From Macrostomum lignano (taxonomy: Eukaryota), in assembly GCA_002269645.1 (NCBI GenBank), contig NIVC01001499.1, positions 124,001-188,000 on the forward strand: 64,000 nt of DNA, written 5' to 3'. Made by a program: the position numbers and the translations under genes. The notes beneath the pieces are model-generated. The model had not been told where the DNA came from. It worked only from the letters and a program-made list of their open reading frames with translations, and did not search any database. Positions 13,110 through 25,200 of this stretch are shown here, piece by piece. How positions within the stretch are numbered: the stretch's first letter is position 1; each line of letters begins with the position of its first letter.

Positions 13110-13400
13110 TAATAATAAGTATAATAATTGATTACACCTGCCCTAATGGCCAGATGTGCAACCGACAGCTCAGCCGCAGCTATTGCGCGGCGCATCTGAA
13201 GGCTGCGTGACGGCTGTTCAGTCCAAGGACTGGGGGGTCGCCACGCACACCCTTAATTACCCCAGCTAATGCTGGCACCCATTTTACAGCTGGGTGAACT
13301 GAAGCAATGCAGAGTTAAGTATCTTGCTCAAGGACACAAATTTTTCCACGTTGGGTTGAGAAGAATCGAACCCCCGATTTTCAAGTCGTGAGTCCGACGC
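13110..13400 (-). mobile_element. tRNA-derived CORE-like SINE, copy 1
   Basis: Minus strand has an A-box TAGCCTAGTTG, a B-box GGTTCGATTC, a CORE-like segment GTGTCCTTGAGCAAGATACTTAAC...CAGCTGTAAAATGGG (compare MIR core) and an (ATT)n tail. Four more copies occur in the window. Confidence 0.85.
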
Positions 13401-14222
13401 TCTGACAACTAGGCTAAGACCCCCTCACTAGACTACAACCTCTCACTAGACTACAACCCCCTCACTAGACTACAACTCCCTCACTAGGCTACAACCCCCT
13501 CGTTAGACTACAACCCCCTCGCTAGGCTACAACCCCCTCTAGACTACAACCCCCTCGCTAGGCTACAACCCCCTCACAAGACTACAACCCCCTTTAGGCT
13601 ACAGCCCCCTCACTAGGCTATAACCCCCTCGCTAGACTACAACCCCCTCGCTAGACTACAACCCCCTCGCTAGGCTACAACCCCCTCTAGGCTACAACCC
13701 CCTCGCTAGGCTACAACCCCCTCTAGGCTACAACCCCCTCACTAGACTACAACCCCCTCTAGGCTACAACCCCCTCACTAGACTACAACCCCTCTAGGCT
13801 ACAACCCCCTCACTAGACTACAACCCCTCTAGGCTACAACCCCCTCACTAGACTACAACCCCCTAACTAGACTACAACCCCTCTAGGCTACAACCCCCTC
13901 ACTAGACTACAACCCCCTTTAGGCTACAGCCCCCCTCAATAGACTACAACCCCCTCACTAGACTACAACCCCCTCACTAGACTACAACCCCCCTCTAGGC
14001 TACAACCCCCTCTAGGCTACAACCCCCTCGCTAGGCTACAACCCCCTTAAGGCTACAGCCCCCTCACTAGACTACAACCCCTCTAGGCTACAACCCCCTC
14101 ACTAGACTACAACACCCTCACTAGACTACAACCCCTCTAGGCTACAACCCCCTGACTAGACTACAACCCCTTCTAGGCTACAGCCCCCCGACTAGACTAC
14201 AACCACCTTTAGGCTATTACCC
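13400..14222. repeat. 18-19-bp minisatellite CCCCTC(A/G)CTAG(A/G)CTACAA, ~44 units, continuous with the SINE 5' end
   Basis: The reverse complement of the unit (GGTTGTAG(C/T)CTAGTGAGGGG) equals the SINE head including its A-box. Confidence 0.92.
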
Positions 14223-15054
14223 CTATTTGGTAAAAAGTTACAAAACTTATTTGGTTTGCAAAACACGCTTGCTTATTTAATAGTGAAGGCCAAATCCAAA
14301 TTATGTATTAAACTAACGCAAATCTACGACGTAAAACGCTCCACATCAGGAGGAAGCATCCTCGTTTCCCTAAAACTCGCTTTGTTTTTGGCAAACTGAT
14401 ATTCAAGAGTTAGTCGTGTAACTTTATCTGCCACTCTCAGTGTGGGTTGCTGCTAATGCATGGGGCGTAATTGCCGCCGTTTGCTTCAGCGTAATCAGCT
14501 GCTTCTCGAAACAGAGCTTTGTTATCTTTTGCTTTTAGCCCAGCTCGCGGACCCCGCCTTCGCGAGGTTTTTTTTCTTTGATTTTTCATTGATTCCCATG
14601 TCTAACGAGAAAATGTTTTATCATGTTCTCTAAGCATTCGTTTGAATTAGTATGTTGGAAAGTTAGCTTTTATTATTTTATTCTTGACATCTGCATGATT
14701 CCTACCTCGGAGCCTCACCCCCCCCCACCCTAGACTCATAAAAAGCCTTCTGTGACAAGAAATATTTTCTGGCGAACTCTGCTTTCCTTGCTTAGCATTA
14801 ATTATTTCTGGGTCTCCAAAAATCTGCAGCCACTCCCTTGGGACGGCAGCCTACTCGCCTTGCATGTCCTCTCGTCAGTCTGTCAGAAACAGTGTAACTT
14901 TAGCATAAATCACACAAATCACTTCCGTATGGCTTGCTTCCATGCTGACCCCTGTTTAAACTACAGAGATTGTTGATTATTCCGTATTTTTTTATATTTA
15001 TCTCAACATATTGCAAAACGAACAAAACTGGTTTACCATATGCGATGCTAAAGG

Positions 15055-15243
15055 CCCCGCAGGCACTCATTTTGGCGCCGCAGGCACTCATTTTGGCGCC
15101 GCAGGCACTCCTTTTAGCACTCTGAAATAAAATTATTAATTTCCACAACGGGTCACAAAGTGGGGTGGCGGTGGCATGCCGGCATGCCCCCCATAGCTAC
15201 TGGGGGGATATGTCTCCCCTGTCCTCCCGGTGGCGACGCCCCT
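15055..15243. mobile_element. GC-rich end of a DNA-transposon-like element with a 21-bp internal tandem repeat
   Basis: CCGCAGGCACTCATTTTGGCG occurs ~2.5 times, then ...CCCGGTGGCGACGCCCTTG, typical of a CAGGGCGTCGCC-type TIR. The partner end was not found. Confidence 0.4.
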
Positions 15244-16641
15244 TGCGATGCTATTAAGTATAGTTATCCCTGAACTGAAAATCCCTTAGAAAATAGAGTG
15301 AAAAAGTCCCGACTTCGAAGTGTGAATCCCAGCCTCTGTCACTATCGCATGCACCCATCAATTTGTATTTTCGCGTGCACGGACAGCCTGTGGCTCCCCC
15401 GGGACTCTAATTGCTTAGCAGTTCCCCCACTTTACTCGATGCCTCATTCTCGCCTTGCCAGGCTTGCCTTCACACTAAAAGCCGTCTCGTCGGTTAGTTA
15501 ATTGAATCTACTGCATGCTCACGAAATGCATCTCGTTGGTTTGCATCTGCGGCAAGTACCAGCGCACTCTTCTGCATTATTTATGCTCATTATTTAGAGG
15601 TTTTGTACGAATAAATCCGGATTAAAGTGCAAGTTGTCAGTTCAGAATGGTTCTATTTGATGGTGAGGCGATAAATTAGGGAAGTGCGAATCTGCTGCCA
15701 ATTAATTGCTAACGCGATTGCTTCCGCTAAAAAGCAGCTGTTGCAGTGTTGCCGCCCACGGCCATTTAACATCTGGCTATATCTATTCAATATATCCAAC
15801 CTCTAATAGATCTAGATATCCTTCATATTCCTCTTTTCGTTGCCCGTCATCGTGGGTCGAATCTGTTTCCAGTTAGTTAAAAATAAAAAGCATGTTGTAC
15901 TGTAAACTATATGCGTCAACGTGATTGAGCTCATATTCGCGGGCCTATCTCGTCCAAGTCTCTTAATAAGGGTCTTCACTTTGAACGGTGATCTTAAATA
16001 TATGCTTTCCATTTATGTAGATGTGTGCTGTAGCTTTCAATTTACTTTCGATCTGAGAAAATATAAATTTCAAGATGAATCATTTCGTGTCTAATCATTG
16101 CGTTTTTCCTGTTTTTCTGTTTTTTTCCTTGATTTTTATGCTCTATCAGGCGTAGTGGCGTGTGTAACTATTACAAGATGGAACAGCAAAAAGATTTCAG
16201 CCTCAGCTGAGTGGGCGATGGCTACAAGCTACTGCCCCCCTCCTCTGGATCCTCTCTGTGAGTTCCTAGGAGCCTTTTTTATTTCTAATGTTGCTGTTAA
16301 CTTGTTTCAGATAAAGCTACTCTTCGTAATAGTCACTTTTCAAGACTAGCTTTCACAAGGCCCTACAGCAGACAGTAAGCTTCAGAAATTTGACCAACAC
16401 TGTCTACGGAAGTTCTGTACAGCCGCAGGCAGTGCTAAGCTGTTTGTCATTAATCATGACGTTGACGCATTTACTACAAGCTAAAAAAGATTTGACACAG
16501 AAAAGGCTAAACTTTCATCTTATTCAAGTTATTTTTCGACAGATTCACACTCAAAAACATAAAATAGCTTTTTATTTTGTGTCGAACTACAAGTCAAGGG
16601 TGTTTTTAGTATTGAAAATGTAATTATTAAAAACATCAGAA

Positions 16642-16971
16642 CAGGGGTCGTCAAACACTAGGCCGCAGAGCCATTCGGGTCCTTTGAAAACTGACAATAG
16701 CAATCCATACCCCTCAAGGTTTGTCTCTTCTCAGCTTCCTTCTCTACAATCTTCTCTCCCTTCTCTCTCTCTCCCTCTCCTAAGACCTCTTCTCTCCCTT
16801 CTCTCCTCTCTCCTCTCCTATTTCATCTCTTTTCTCTTCTCTTCTCCTTTATTCCCTTGTCTCTTTTCTACAATTTCTTTTCTGTATTCTACGAGCGTAT
16901 CTCCTCTCTCCCCTCCTCTGGCCCCCAATTCTTTATCTGACGCTTGAGGGAAAAAACTTTTCCGAGCCCCG
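16642..16971. mobile_element. hAT-like MITE with CT-rich interior
   Basis: CAGGGGTCGTCAAAC...TTCCGAGCCCCG. Flanks CATCAGAA and CAATAGAA match at 6 of 8. A related copy lies at 58145-59295. Confidence 0.6.
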
Positions 16972-18958
16972 CAATAGAAGTTCAAGGTGTTTAAAAGTGT
17001 ATTAACATTAAAACCTATTGATGTAAATAATCCAGACACTACAGAGAAATATCACATATATCTCTAGATTGCATTACGATATTAAAATAGGCATCTTCAA
17101 GCTACACTAAGAACATTGATTTTGCCTATTTAAATAATAATTTGGACATGTCATGGACTATCATTTAGCTACCGAGATGTGAGCTAGAGTTTGCAAAAGC
17201 TCCAGCCTTCTCTTGCAAAAGTCTTCAGGTTGGGACTTTTTGAAAGCTTCTTACAACTTGAAAGCTGGTCTCAGTGTGTAGACGGGGTTCCTCTTCATCC
17301 AATCTAATTTCCTAGTTCTACAAACTCTAGGGAGCACATCTCTCATTCCGTCCTGCCCTGAATAAAGTTCTCATCCTTATTCCACAAGTATGCATTCGCT
17401 TTTGCAACTGATGACACTTCTACTCTCGTGGTATGCACCCTATAGTGCTGTTGCGGTAGCTGTTAAGAAATCGAAAACAAGAGCAACCAAATACTATAAT
17501 GGGATGGGAGACAGAGAATGGCAATTCTAATGCTTAAAGTCTTCACCTGGGATCTAGCGTTTGTGGAATTTTGGACGGCCTTTATAGTTTTGGATGTCAT
17601 AAAGCGTCTGTCTTTTTAGTAATTCTCATTTGTAATGTCCGAATTACTATTTAGATTGGTAAAAGCAATACATTAACTGGAATCTGCAGTGTCAAAATAC
17701 ATTATACAATTCAAAGGGGCAAAAATACAGAACAGTGATTACATTTAGTTACGTGCGAACAAAACTAAAAAAGTGCAAAAAACGGCAAGTATATCATCTG
17801 GCGCAAAACTCTTAACAACACAAATTTTCGGCAACAGTAACTTAAGTAATGTATAAATTTCGGCATTAGCGTAAGAAGTTGTGCTGTTCTAACCACAAAA
17901 CAAAATAAATTTCACGAACAAGTAATTTTAGCTTTTTTCTGTTTTGAGTGGACAAAGCTGGACAAATAAGTAAAAATATGCGCAACTGCAATACTTTATC
18001 GATATCACGAGTCAAGCAAAGGTCAACAACTTGTATATTCTTAGAGATCGCTGGCTAGACAAAAATAGATGGCAAAAAAAAAGTAGCTAGAAGATAAAAC
18101 ATGAATTTTAGGGAGCTATTTGCACATGTAAATTTAAATCTCAAGGGCCGTAGCATTTTAGCTTATCGAATAGCCTATGCCAACTTTTATGATTATAACT
18201 GCTCCCAAAAAGGCATGTTTCATCTCGTAAAATATCGAGACGACGATTTTCAGGGATAATATATTGAATATTACCAATTCAAATTTGGTATTAATATTGA
18301 GACCTTCATTATAAAAGCAAGACAATAACAAAATGATTATTCGGTTCAAAATAGAATCCTATCGAGAAAAATAATGAGAACAAGTAAAATAAGTTACACG
18401 TGATTTTAATCATAAGCAGCGCATGTCTCTGGTGAGACATCATAATCGTGACTTCCAGAGATTTTTCAAAGAGAGTGCAAGTGTGTTTTTGGTCCTAGTG
18501 GTTTCTAAAGTTAGTATACAGTGATTTACGAAAAGTGCAACTATATAGAATGAAAGAAAATAAATCATAGCTCGGTTATACTATTTCAAGCTCATTTTTG
18601 AACAGCTTTTTAAACCAATAATCTGTTTAATTTTTTTAATTCGTTCAGAAAGCCGCAAATACTTTCGTTAACCTTTCTGAGCGAATTCGCAGTCCAGATG
18701 GTAAGCAACTGTTAGAGCTTTGTGCTTCGTTTTAAACGAAAGCTATTGTCGCAACATTCTGTCTTTTCTTCAGTTCATCTGCACTCGTCTCTGTTTACTC
18801 TGTTCTCTCCTCTCTGTTTAGTTTAGCATTGTCATTCCTATCTCTCTCCCTCGTTGCCTTCTGATTGGCTCTTCAATCTCGCCTCTTACCTTGGTCGCGC
18901 TTTTCACCCCTCCTCGTCTTATCTCTTACACTCAACGCCACCCCCCCCCCCTAGTTTA

Positions 18959-19131
18959 GTGGCGTACGCAGGGGGTGGGGGGGGGGCTAGGGGCCGCGGC
19001 CAATTGTCTGGGGGCGACTGACAGGTCTTGCCAGAGGCGACTAGCCAGAGAGGGTTTAGTGCAAATGAATGATACTCCCCCTGTCTGTCGGCGCCCCCCC
19101 CCCTCAATGGAAAATCCTGCGTACGCCACTG
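18959..19131. mobile_element. Short MITE downstream of the GPCR stop codon
   Basis: GTGGCGTACGCAGG...CCTGCGTACGCCACTG with CTAGTTTA on both sides (18951-18958 and 19132-19139). Confidence 0.75.
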
Positions 19132-19291
19132 CTAGTTTATTGACATAAATATACCCATTTGGGTCTTAAAATAGTTTACTTATTTTTTTCTTCATTACAT
19201 TTAATCTATTTCTCTAATGCATTTTAAAGCATACTGTGTCCTCATTTAAACGCCAACATTCAGTCGGTCTTGGCTTCGAACTTAAACATCA

Positions 19292-22200
19292 TTATTCGAT
19301 GGCCTGCACCGAGCCTCTGTTGGAGCCGAATCGCTCCTCCCGTACCAGCGAGGCCCGGGCTCGACCGCCGTCATCATCGGCATCGCCGCCGCCGCCGCGT
19401 CTTCCAGCGCCGCCGTTGGTCCAGGCCACCTGCACCACGAGTCGGAACGCCCGGGGCTTTGGCCCAGTGCCGCTGTCGCCACCCTCGCCAAAACAGCAGC
19501 AGCAGCAGCAGCACCGACATCTTCGACCGTTGAAGATTCCGTAGACAACCGGATTGATGGCGCTGGTGGACATGCCGAAGAAGAAGATGTACTCGCTCAT
19601 GCGCTCAATAAGCCACTGGTACTGAGCGCCGGTGAGCTTGCCAACGCAGGTGAGTATATACAGCACCCAATAGGGCAGCCAAAGCAACACGAAGACCAAA
19701 ATGATGACGGAAAACATTTGGAAGCTGCGAATTTTAGCCCGTTGTAGCAGCGACTTACGAGACGAATTAATGTAGGAGCTGGCTTCGCGGCACTCCCTGG
19801 CAGTTACTCTGTCCGAGTCCAGTGCTCTGTCAGCTCCAGGTGCCGTGCTCACTGCAGTCAGCTCGGTATTGTCTGTGCTTTCCGTAGTGGTTCGGCTTTT
19901 GCAAGGTGTGGCGGCGTTCTCTGAAGAGTAGATTAAAAAACTGGCTAGACAAAATTTCGAAGGATTATCCTATTGCAAACCCAGAATTCGAAGGTGTGCA
20001 GTTTGATAGATCCCAAAATTGGAAAATAATCGATAATGTACAAGCATATTGAAGACAATTTCAGAGTGTCGTGACATTGCTTCAGTTGTTTATTCCACCT
20101 GAATTCTAATGGGCAGATGTGCAACCGACAGCTCAGCCGCAGCTTGGCTGTGTACGGCTGTTCAGTCCAAGAACTTCACACATCCTCGATTACCCCAGCC
20201 AATGCTGGCACCCACTTTACATACAGCTCTGCTCTGGATGAACTGAAACAATGCAGAGTTAAGTGTCTTGCTCAAGGACACAAAATATAGTCCTGAGTTG
20301 GTCGAGAATCCAACCCCGACCTTTTTTGAGTCCGACGCTCTAACCACTAGGCTGCGACCCCTTGTTGCTTTTGTAGACTGTACAATTTAACTGTGTATTT
20401 TGCCTAATGATTCAAGAAGATCGAAGCATACTAGAAACTCTAGCAAAATTCATCAAAGAAATGACACAAGTTCGCGACGCTCAGTTGCTCTGTGGATGCC
20501 TTTAAGCATTACCTAACGGCGTATTCTGAATTTTAATTATTCATTTTCCATCCTTACGTTGACTTGGAGCTCAGCGCATCAAAATCGAATTATTTAAAGT
20601 TCAGAGAAGGTTGATTTTTCAACGGAATGCCGAAGACGCGCACCGTATATTTTATACTAAGCCTATAGTTAGTACTCCTTATTCTCCAGAGGCTTAATAA
20701 GGAAGCTAATCGCCACTCACTTTTTTACGGGTGCACCCCATCTTCGCGCTATTCTCCTCATCAATAATTATGCCTCAGATTCCCTACTACTAATTGCCAT
20801 CCTCCTACCTGGGTGCGACCTTGAGCATAGGTGAGGAGCAAGAGCAACTTACATGTATAGCTTGAATAGATGCAGATTCTGAATTTGATGCTTACTGTGG
20901 GGTGCCTTCACAAGGTCAAAATTTTATAACATCGAAAACTTTAGTAAGAGACTTTATAAGGTCGAAATTTCACAACGTAGAAAACTCAAATAGCAGCCAC
21001 TTTCACAAGGTCGAAATGTCACAACGTAGAAAAATTAATATAACAAAAACCAATCAGTAGTTTTCTACGTTGTGAAATTTCGACCTTGAGAAATTTCGAC
21101 CTTGTGAAATTTCGACCTTGAGAAATTTCGACCTTGTGAAATTTCGACCTTGAGAAATTTCGACCTTGTGAAATTTCGACCTTGAGAAATTTCGACCTTG
21201 TGAAATTTCGACCTTGAGAAATTTCGACCTTGTGAAATTTCGACCTTGAGAAGTTACGAACTTATGAAGTCTCTTTGCTAAAGTTTTCGATGTTGTGAAA
21301 TTTTGACCTTGTGAAAGAAGGTGCTTTCGACGTTGTGAAATTTCGAGTTTGTGAAACTATAGAGCCAGGGCCAGCAACAGGGACGCATTTTTTAATTTGA
21401 TATGGTTTCATTTGCCACAAAAATGATTTAGATTAGAAAGATGTTCAAGAGAGAAGAGTGTGCACGCGGGAATTTTAAATGGAAGTGGCCGCAACCCTAG
21501 GGGCGCCAATGTTAAGCCTTGGTGGGCGCCCCCGTCTCTTAGCGGGCGCATCTGTCTCTTAGTGGGTGCCACTGGACGCCCCTGTCTCTTGATGGGCGCC
21601 CTTATCTAACAGACACACTGCTGGCTAACAACAGACGCAAACCACTGTCTAACAACAAACACAAGACGAAAACCACTGTCTAACAACAGACACAATACAG
21701 GAATCACTGTCTAACAACAGACACAAGACAAGAACCACTGTCTGACAGCAGACAAAAGACAAAAACCACTGTTCAACAACAGACACAAACCACTGTCTAA
21801 CAACAGACGCAAGACACAAACCACTGTCCAACAACAGAAACAAGACACAGACCACTGTCTAACAAGAGAAGCAAGACGCAAACCACTGTCTAACAACAGA
21901 CAAAAACTACTAACAACAGACACAAGACAAAAATCACTGTCTAACAACAGACACAAGACGAAAACTACTGTCTAATAACAGACGCAAGACACAACCTACT
22001 GTGTAGCAAAGACACAAGACAAGAACCACTGTCTAACAATAGACGCAAGACACAATCTACTGTGTAACAAAGACACAAGACAAGAACTACTGTCTAACAA
22101 CAGACACAAGACGAAAACTACTGTCTAATAACAGACGCAAGACACAATCTACTTTGTAACAAAGACACAAGACAAGAACCACTGTCTAACAACAGACGCA

Positions 22201-25200
22201 AGACGAAAACCACTGTCTAACAACAGAAGCAAGACACAATCTACTGTGTAACAAAGACACAAGACAAGAACCACTGTCTAACAACAGACGCAAGACGAAA
22301 ACCACTGTCTAACAACAGACGCAAGACACAATCTACTGTGTAACAAAGACACAAGACAAGAACCACTGTCTAACAACAGACGCAAGACAGAAACCACTGT
22401 CTAACAACAGACACAAGCTGACACAGGTACCCGCTCACACAGGGTGTACAACAGCAGCCCCACTTTCTCATCAATTTAGTTAGGCATGTACACACTGTGC
22501 CTGAAAGGGGTCGCCAGCCCGAGTGTGAATGGTACAACGAATATCCGGGACAATTTTAAATTTTGAACTTCAAATATGGAGCTAAACTAAATAGGGAGCT
22601 TCAAATAGGGGCTGCTTACCGAACTGTCGCATAGTGACAATAATAGTACGAATCAGTCTCCCGTAAGCCAACGTCAGTACAAAAGTTGGCAGCAAAAATA
22701 TGACGACAATGTTGAATATCATGTAGGCCAGTTGTAGGTGATGCACAATGCCTGCTACACTTTTCGGCGGGTTCATGGCGATTGATACGCACTGGTAGAA
22801 GTCGGTCTCCCACGGACCGCGAGCCACTTGGAACTGGATTAGCTGCAATGAGTATCGGGATGTAGGGTGGTGTCTGTTGTTGTCAGCGACTAACTTTTGT
22901 TGTTAGAAGACAGAAGCCCGTGTCTGTTGTTAGATTTAGTTTGTTTCTGTTGTTACATGTAGTTTGTGTCTGTTGTTACATGTATGGTTTGTGTCTGCTG
23001 TTAAATGTAGCTTGTGTCTTTAATTAAATGTAGTTTGTGCCTGTTGTTAAATGTAGCTTGTGTCTTTTGGTAGATGTAGTTTGTGTCAGTTGTTGTCAGC
23101 TGCTAACTCTAGCTGCTAGAAGACAAAAGCCCATGTCTGTTGTTAGACAGCAGTTTGTGTCTGTTGTTAGACACCAGTTTGTGTCTGTTGTTAGACAGCA
23201 GTTGGTGTCTGTTGTTAGACAGCAGTTTGTGTCTGTTGTTAGACAGCAGTTTGTGTCTGTTGTTAGACAGCAGTTGGTGTCTGTTGTTAGACAGCAGTTT
23301 GTGTCTGTTGTTAGACAGCAGTTTGTGTCTGTTGTTAGACAGCAGTTGGTGTCTGTTGTTAGACAGCAGTTTGTGTCTGTTGTTAGACACCAGTTTGTGT
23401 CTGTTGTTAGACAGCAGTTTGTGTCTGTTGTTAGACAGCAGTTTGTGTCTGTTGTTAGACAGCAGTTTGTGTCTGTTGTTAGACACCAGTTTGTGTCTGT
23501 TGTTAGACAGCAGTCTGTACTAGACTTTAATTTACATTTATAGTGCACGCGACTTCCCGCATGACAGAGCTGGGAGTTTGTAGGGAGACCACAGTGGAAA
23601 AAGATGATTTTCATAAACTTTCCCAGAAACCGCTTACACATCCACACAGCCCGACCGAGTATACGCCAGATCTCTCATTCAGTTTACAATTCGTTTTTTC
23701 TTAGCTCCCCAGCGTGGGGCAGGGAGTTTCTCCTAACCGATTTTAATCTCATTGATTGAATTCGGAACAGTTCTGAGAGGTCGAATGCGGCCCATCAAGC
23801 TTAGGCCGGGGTTTGAGCTGCAGAATATCTCCATAGTTGCCATGGTCTAAGGAAGAATCTAAAGCCCCAATAGCAGCCTCCCTGCTGCAGCCTCTCTATT
23901 TCCTGTTTGCCTTGCCAGCAGTTTCATTCTCTGCTTTTACTGTACTTTAAATATTTTAATACGTTAATGCAGTTTGTGCTTTCCAATTCCTAGGCGGAGC
24001 TTGGCTATGACCTCCTCCTGATATCTTCCTTTTCCTTAATACCCCGTATTTGGTCTTTGAATCTTTTAACTCTCCTGTGTGCATTTCGCTTCTCTGTCTT
24101 CTTTTCACATTGATACCTCTCCCCCGCTTCACAACCCGCTTTCTCTGCGTCTGATTCTCGCACCTGGGACACGTCTTGGGCGAGTTCGATTCTTGAGGGG
24201 TTTCTTCATATCTCCGACACTTCATATCTCCGACACTCCATATCTCCGACACTCCATATCTCCGATAATTCATATCTCCGACACTTCACATCTCCGACAC
24301 TTCAAATTTTCGGAGATAAGAAAGCACTTCGATTCCTCGATCCCTATACTTTTTTAATCTCTCATCAGTTTTGGCTATCAACATTTTACTATCAAGCATT
24401 CAGTTGTGCTTGTTAAGTCCCAAATTTAATACATGAATATTCATTTTAATCTGTCATTCTCTCTTATGTCGTATTCTCAGAACTCGCCGGGCGAATATCT
24501 TGGCAGCTTAAACCCATCACCGAGGGAGATGTCATGACAGCACTGATGCATACAGAAATAAGTAATCGCTATACTACATCGGAGCCGGTTGGCTCTTCCA
24601 GAGTTTCAGGCAAGGCAGACGTGGCCCGCTCGGCTCACCCAAGCTGAAGTCGCTGACATGACGAGACTGAGATGAAGGCGATTCTCTTAATCCCACAGCA
24701 GCCTGAGCCCAGCCTCAATCGGGCGCATTCTCTTGCCATCTGCGGATCTGCTTTACTCTTGTATAGCCCTCCTATTCCCTCTGCTGCAGCTGGCCTTCTA
24801 TCGAGATCGATGCTGTAGCCATCCGTCATGTGTTTCTCTGATTCCTGTCATGCCCATTGGTGTCTCTGATCTGTGTCATTCTAATTGTCATATTTCTGTG
24901 ATCTGTGTCATTCTCATTCCCTGTTTCTGTGATCTGTGTCATTCTCATTCTCATGTTTCTGTGATCTGTGTCATTCTCATTCTCATGTTTCTGTGATCTG
25001 TGTCATTCTCATTGTCATATTTCTGTGATGTGTGATTCTAATTGTCATATTTCTGTGATCTGTGTCATTCTCATTCTTATGTGCCTCTTATCTGTGTCAA
25101 TCTCATGTGTCTTTGATCCCTGTCAATCTCATGTGTCTCTGATCTCTGTCAATCTCATGTGTCTCTGATCTCTGTCATTCTCATGTGTCTCTGATCTCTG

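Noticed and set aside
13340-13400. SINE heads as true tRNA genes (also 20300, 38900, 44830, 59630)
   Set aside because: No intact acceptor stem, inconsistent anticodon loops, and each is fused to a SINE body.
13400-14222. Regular repeat arrays as CRISPR
   Set aside because: No unique spacers or cas genes; eukaryotic context.
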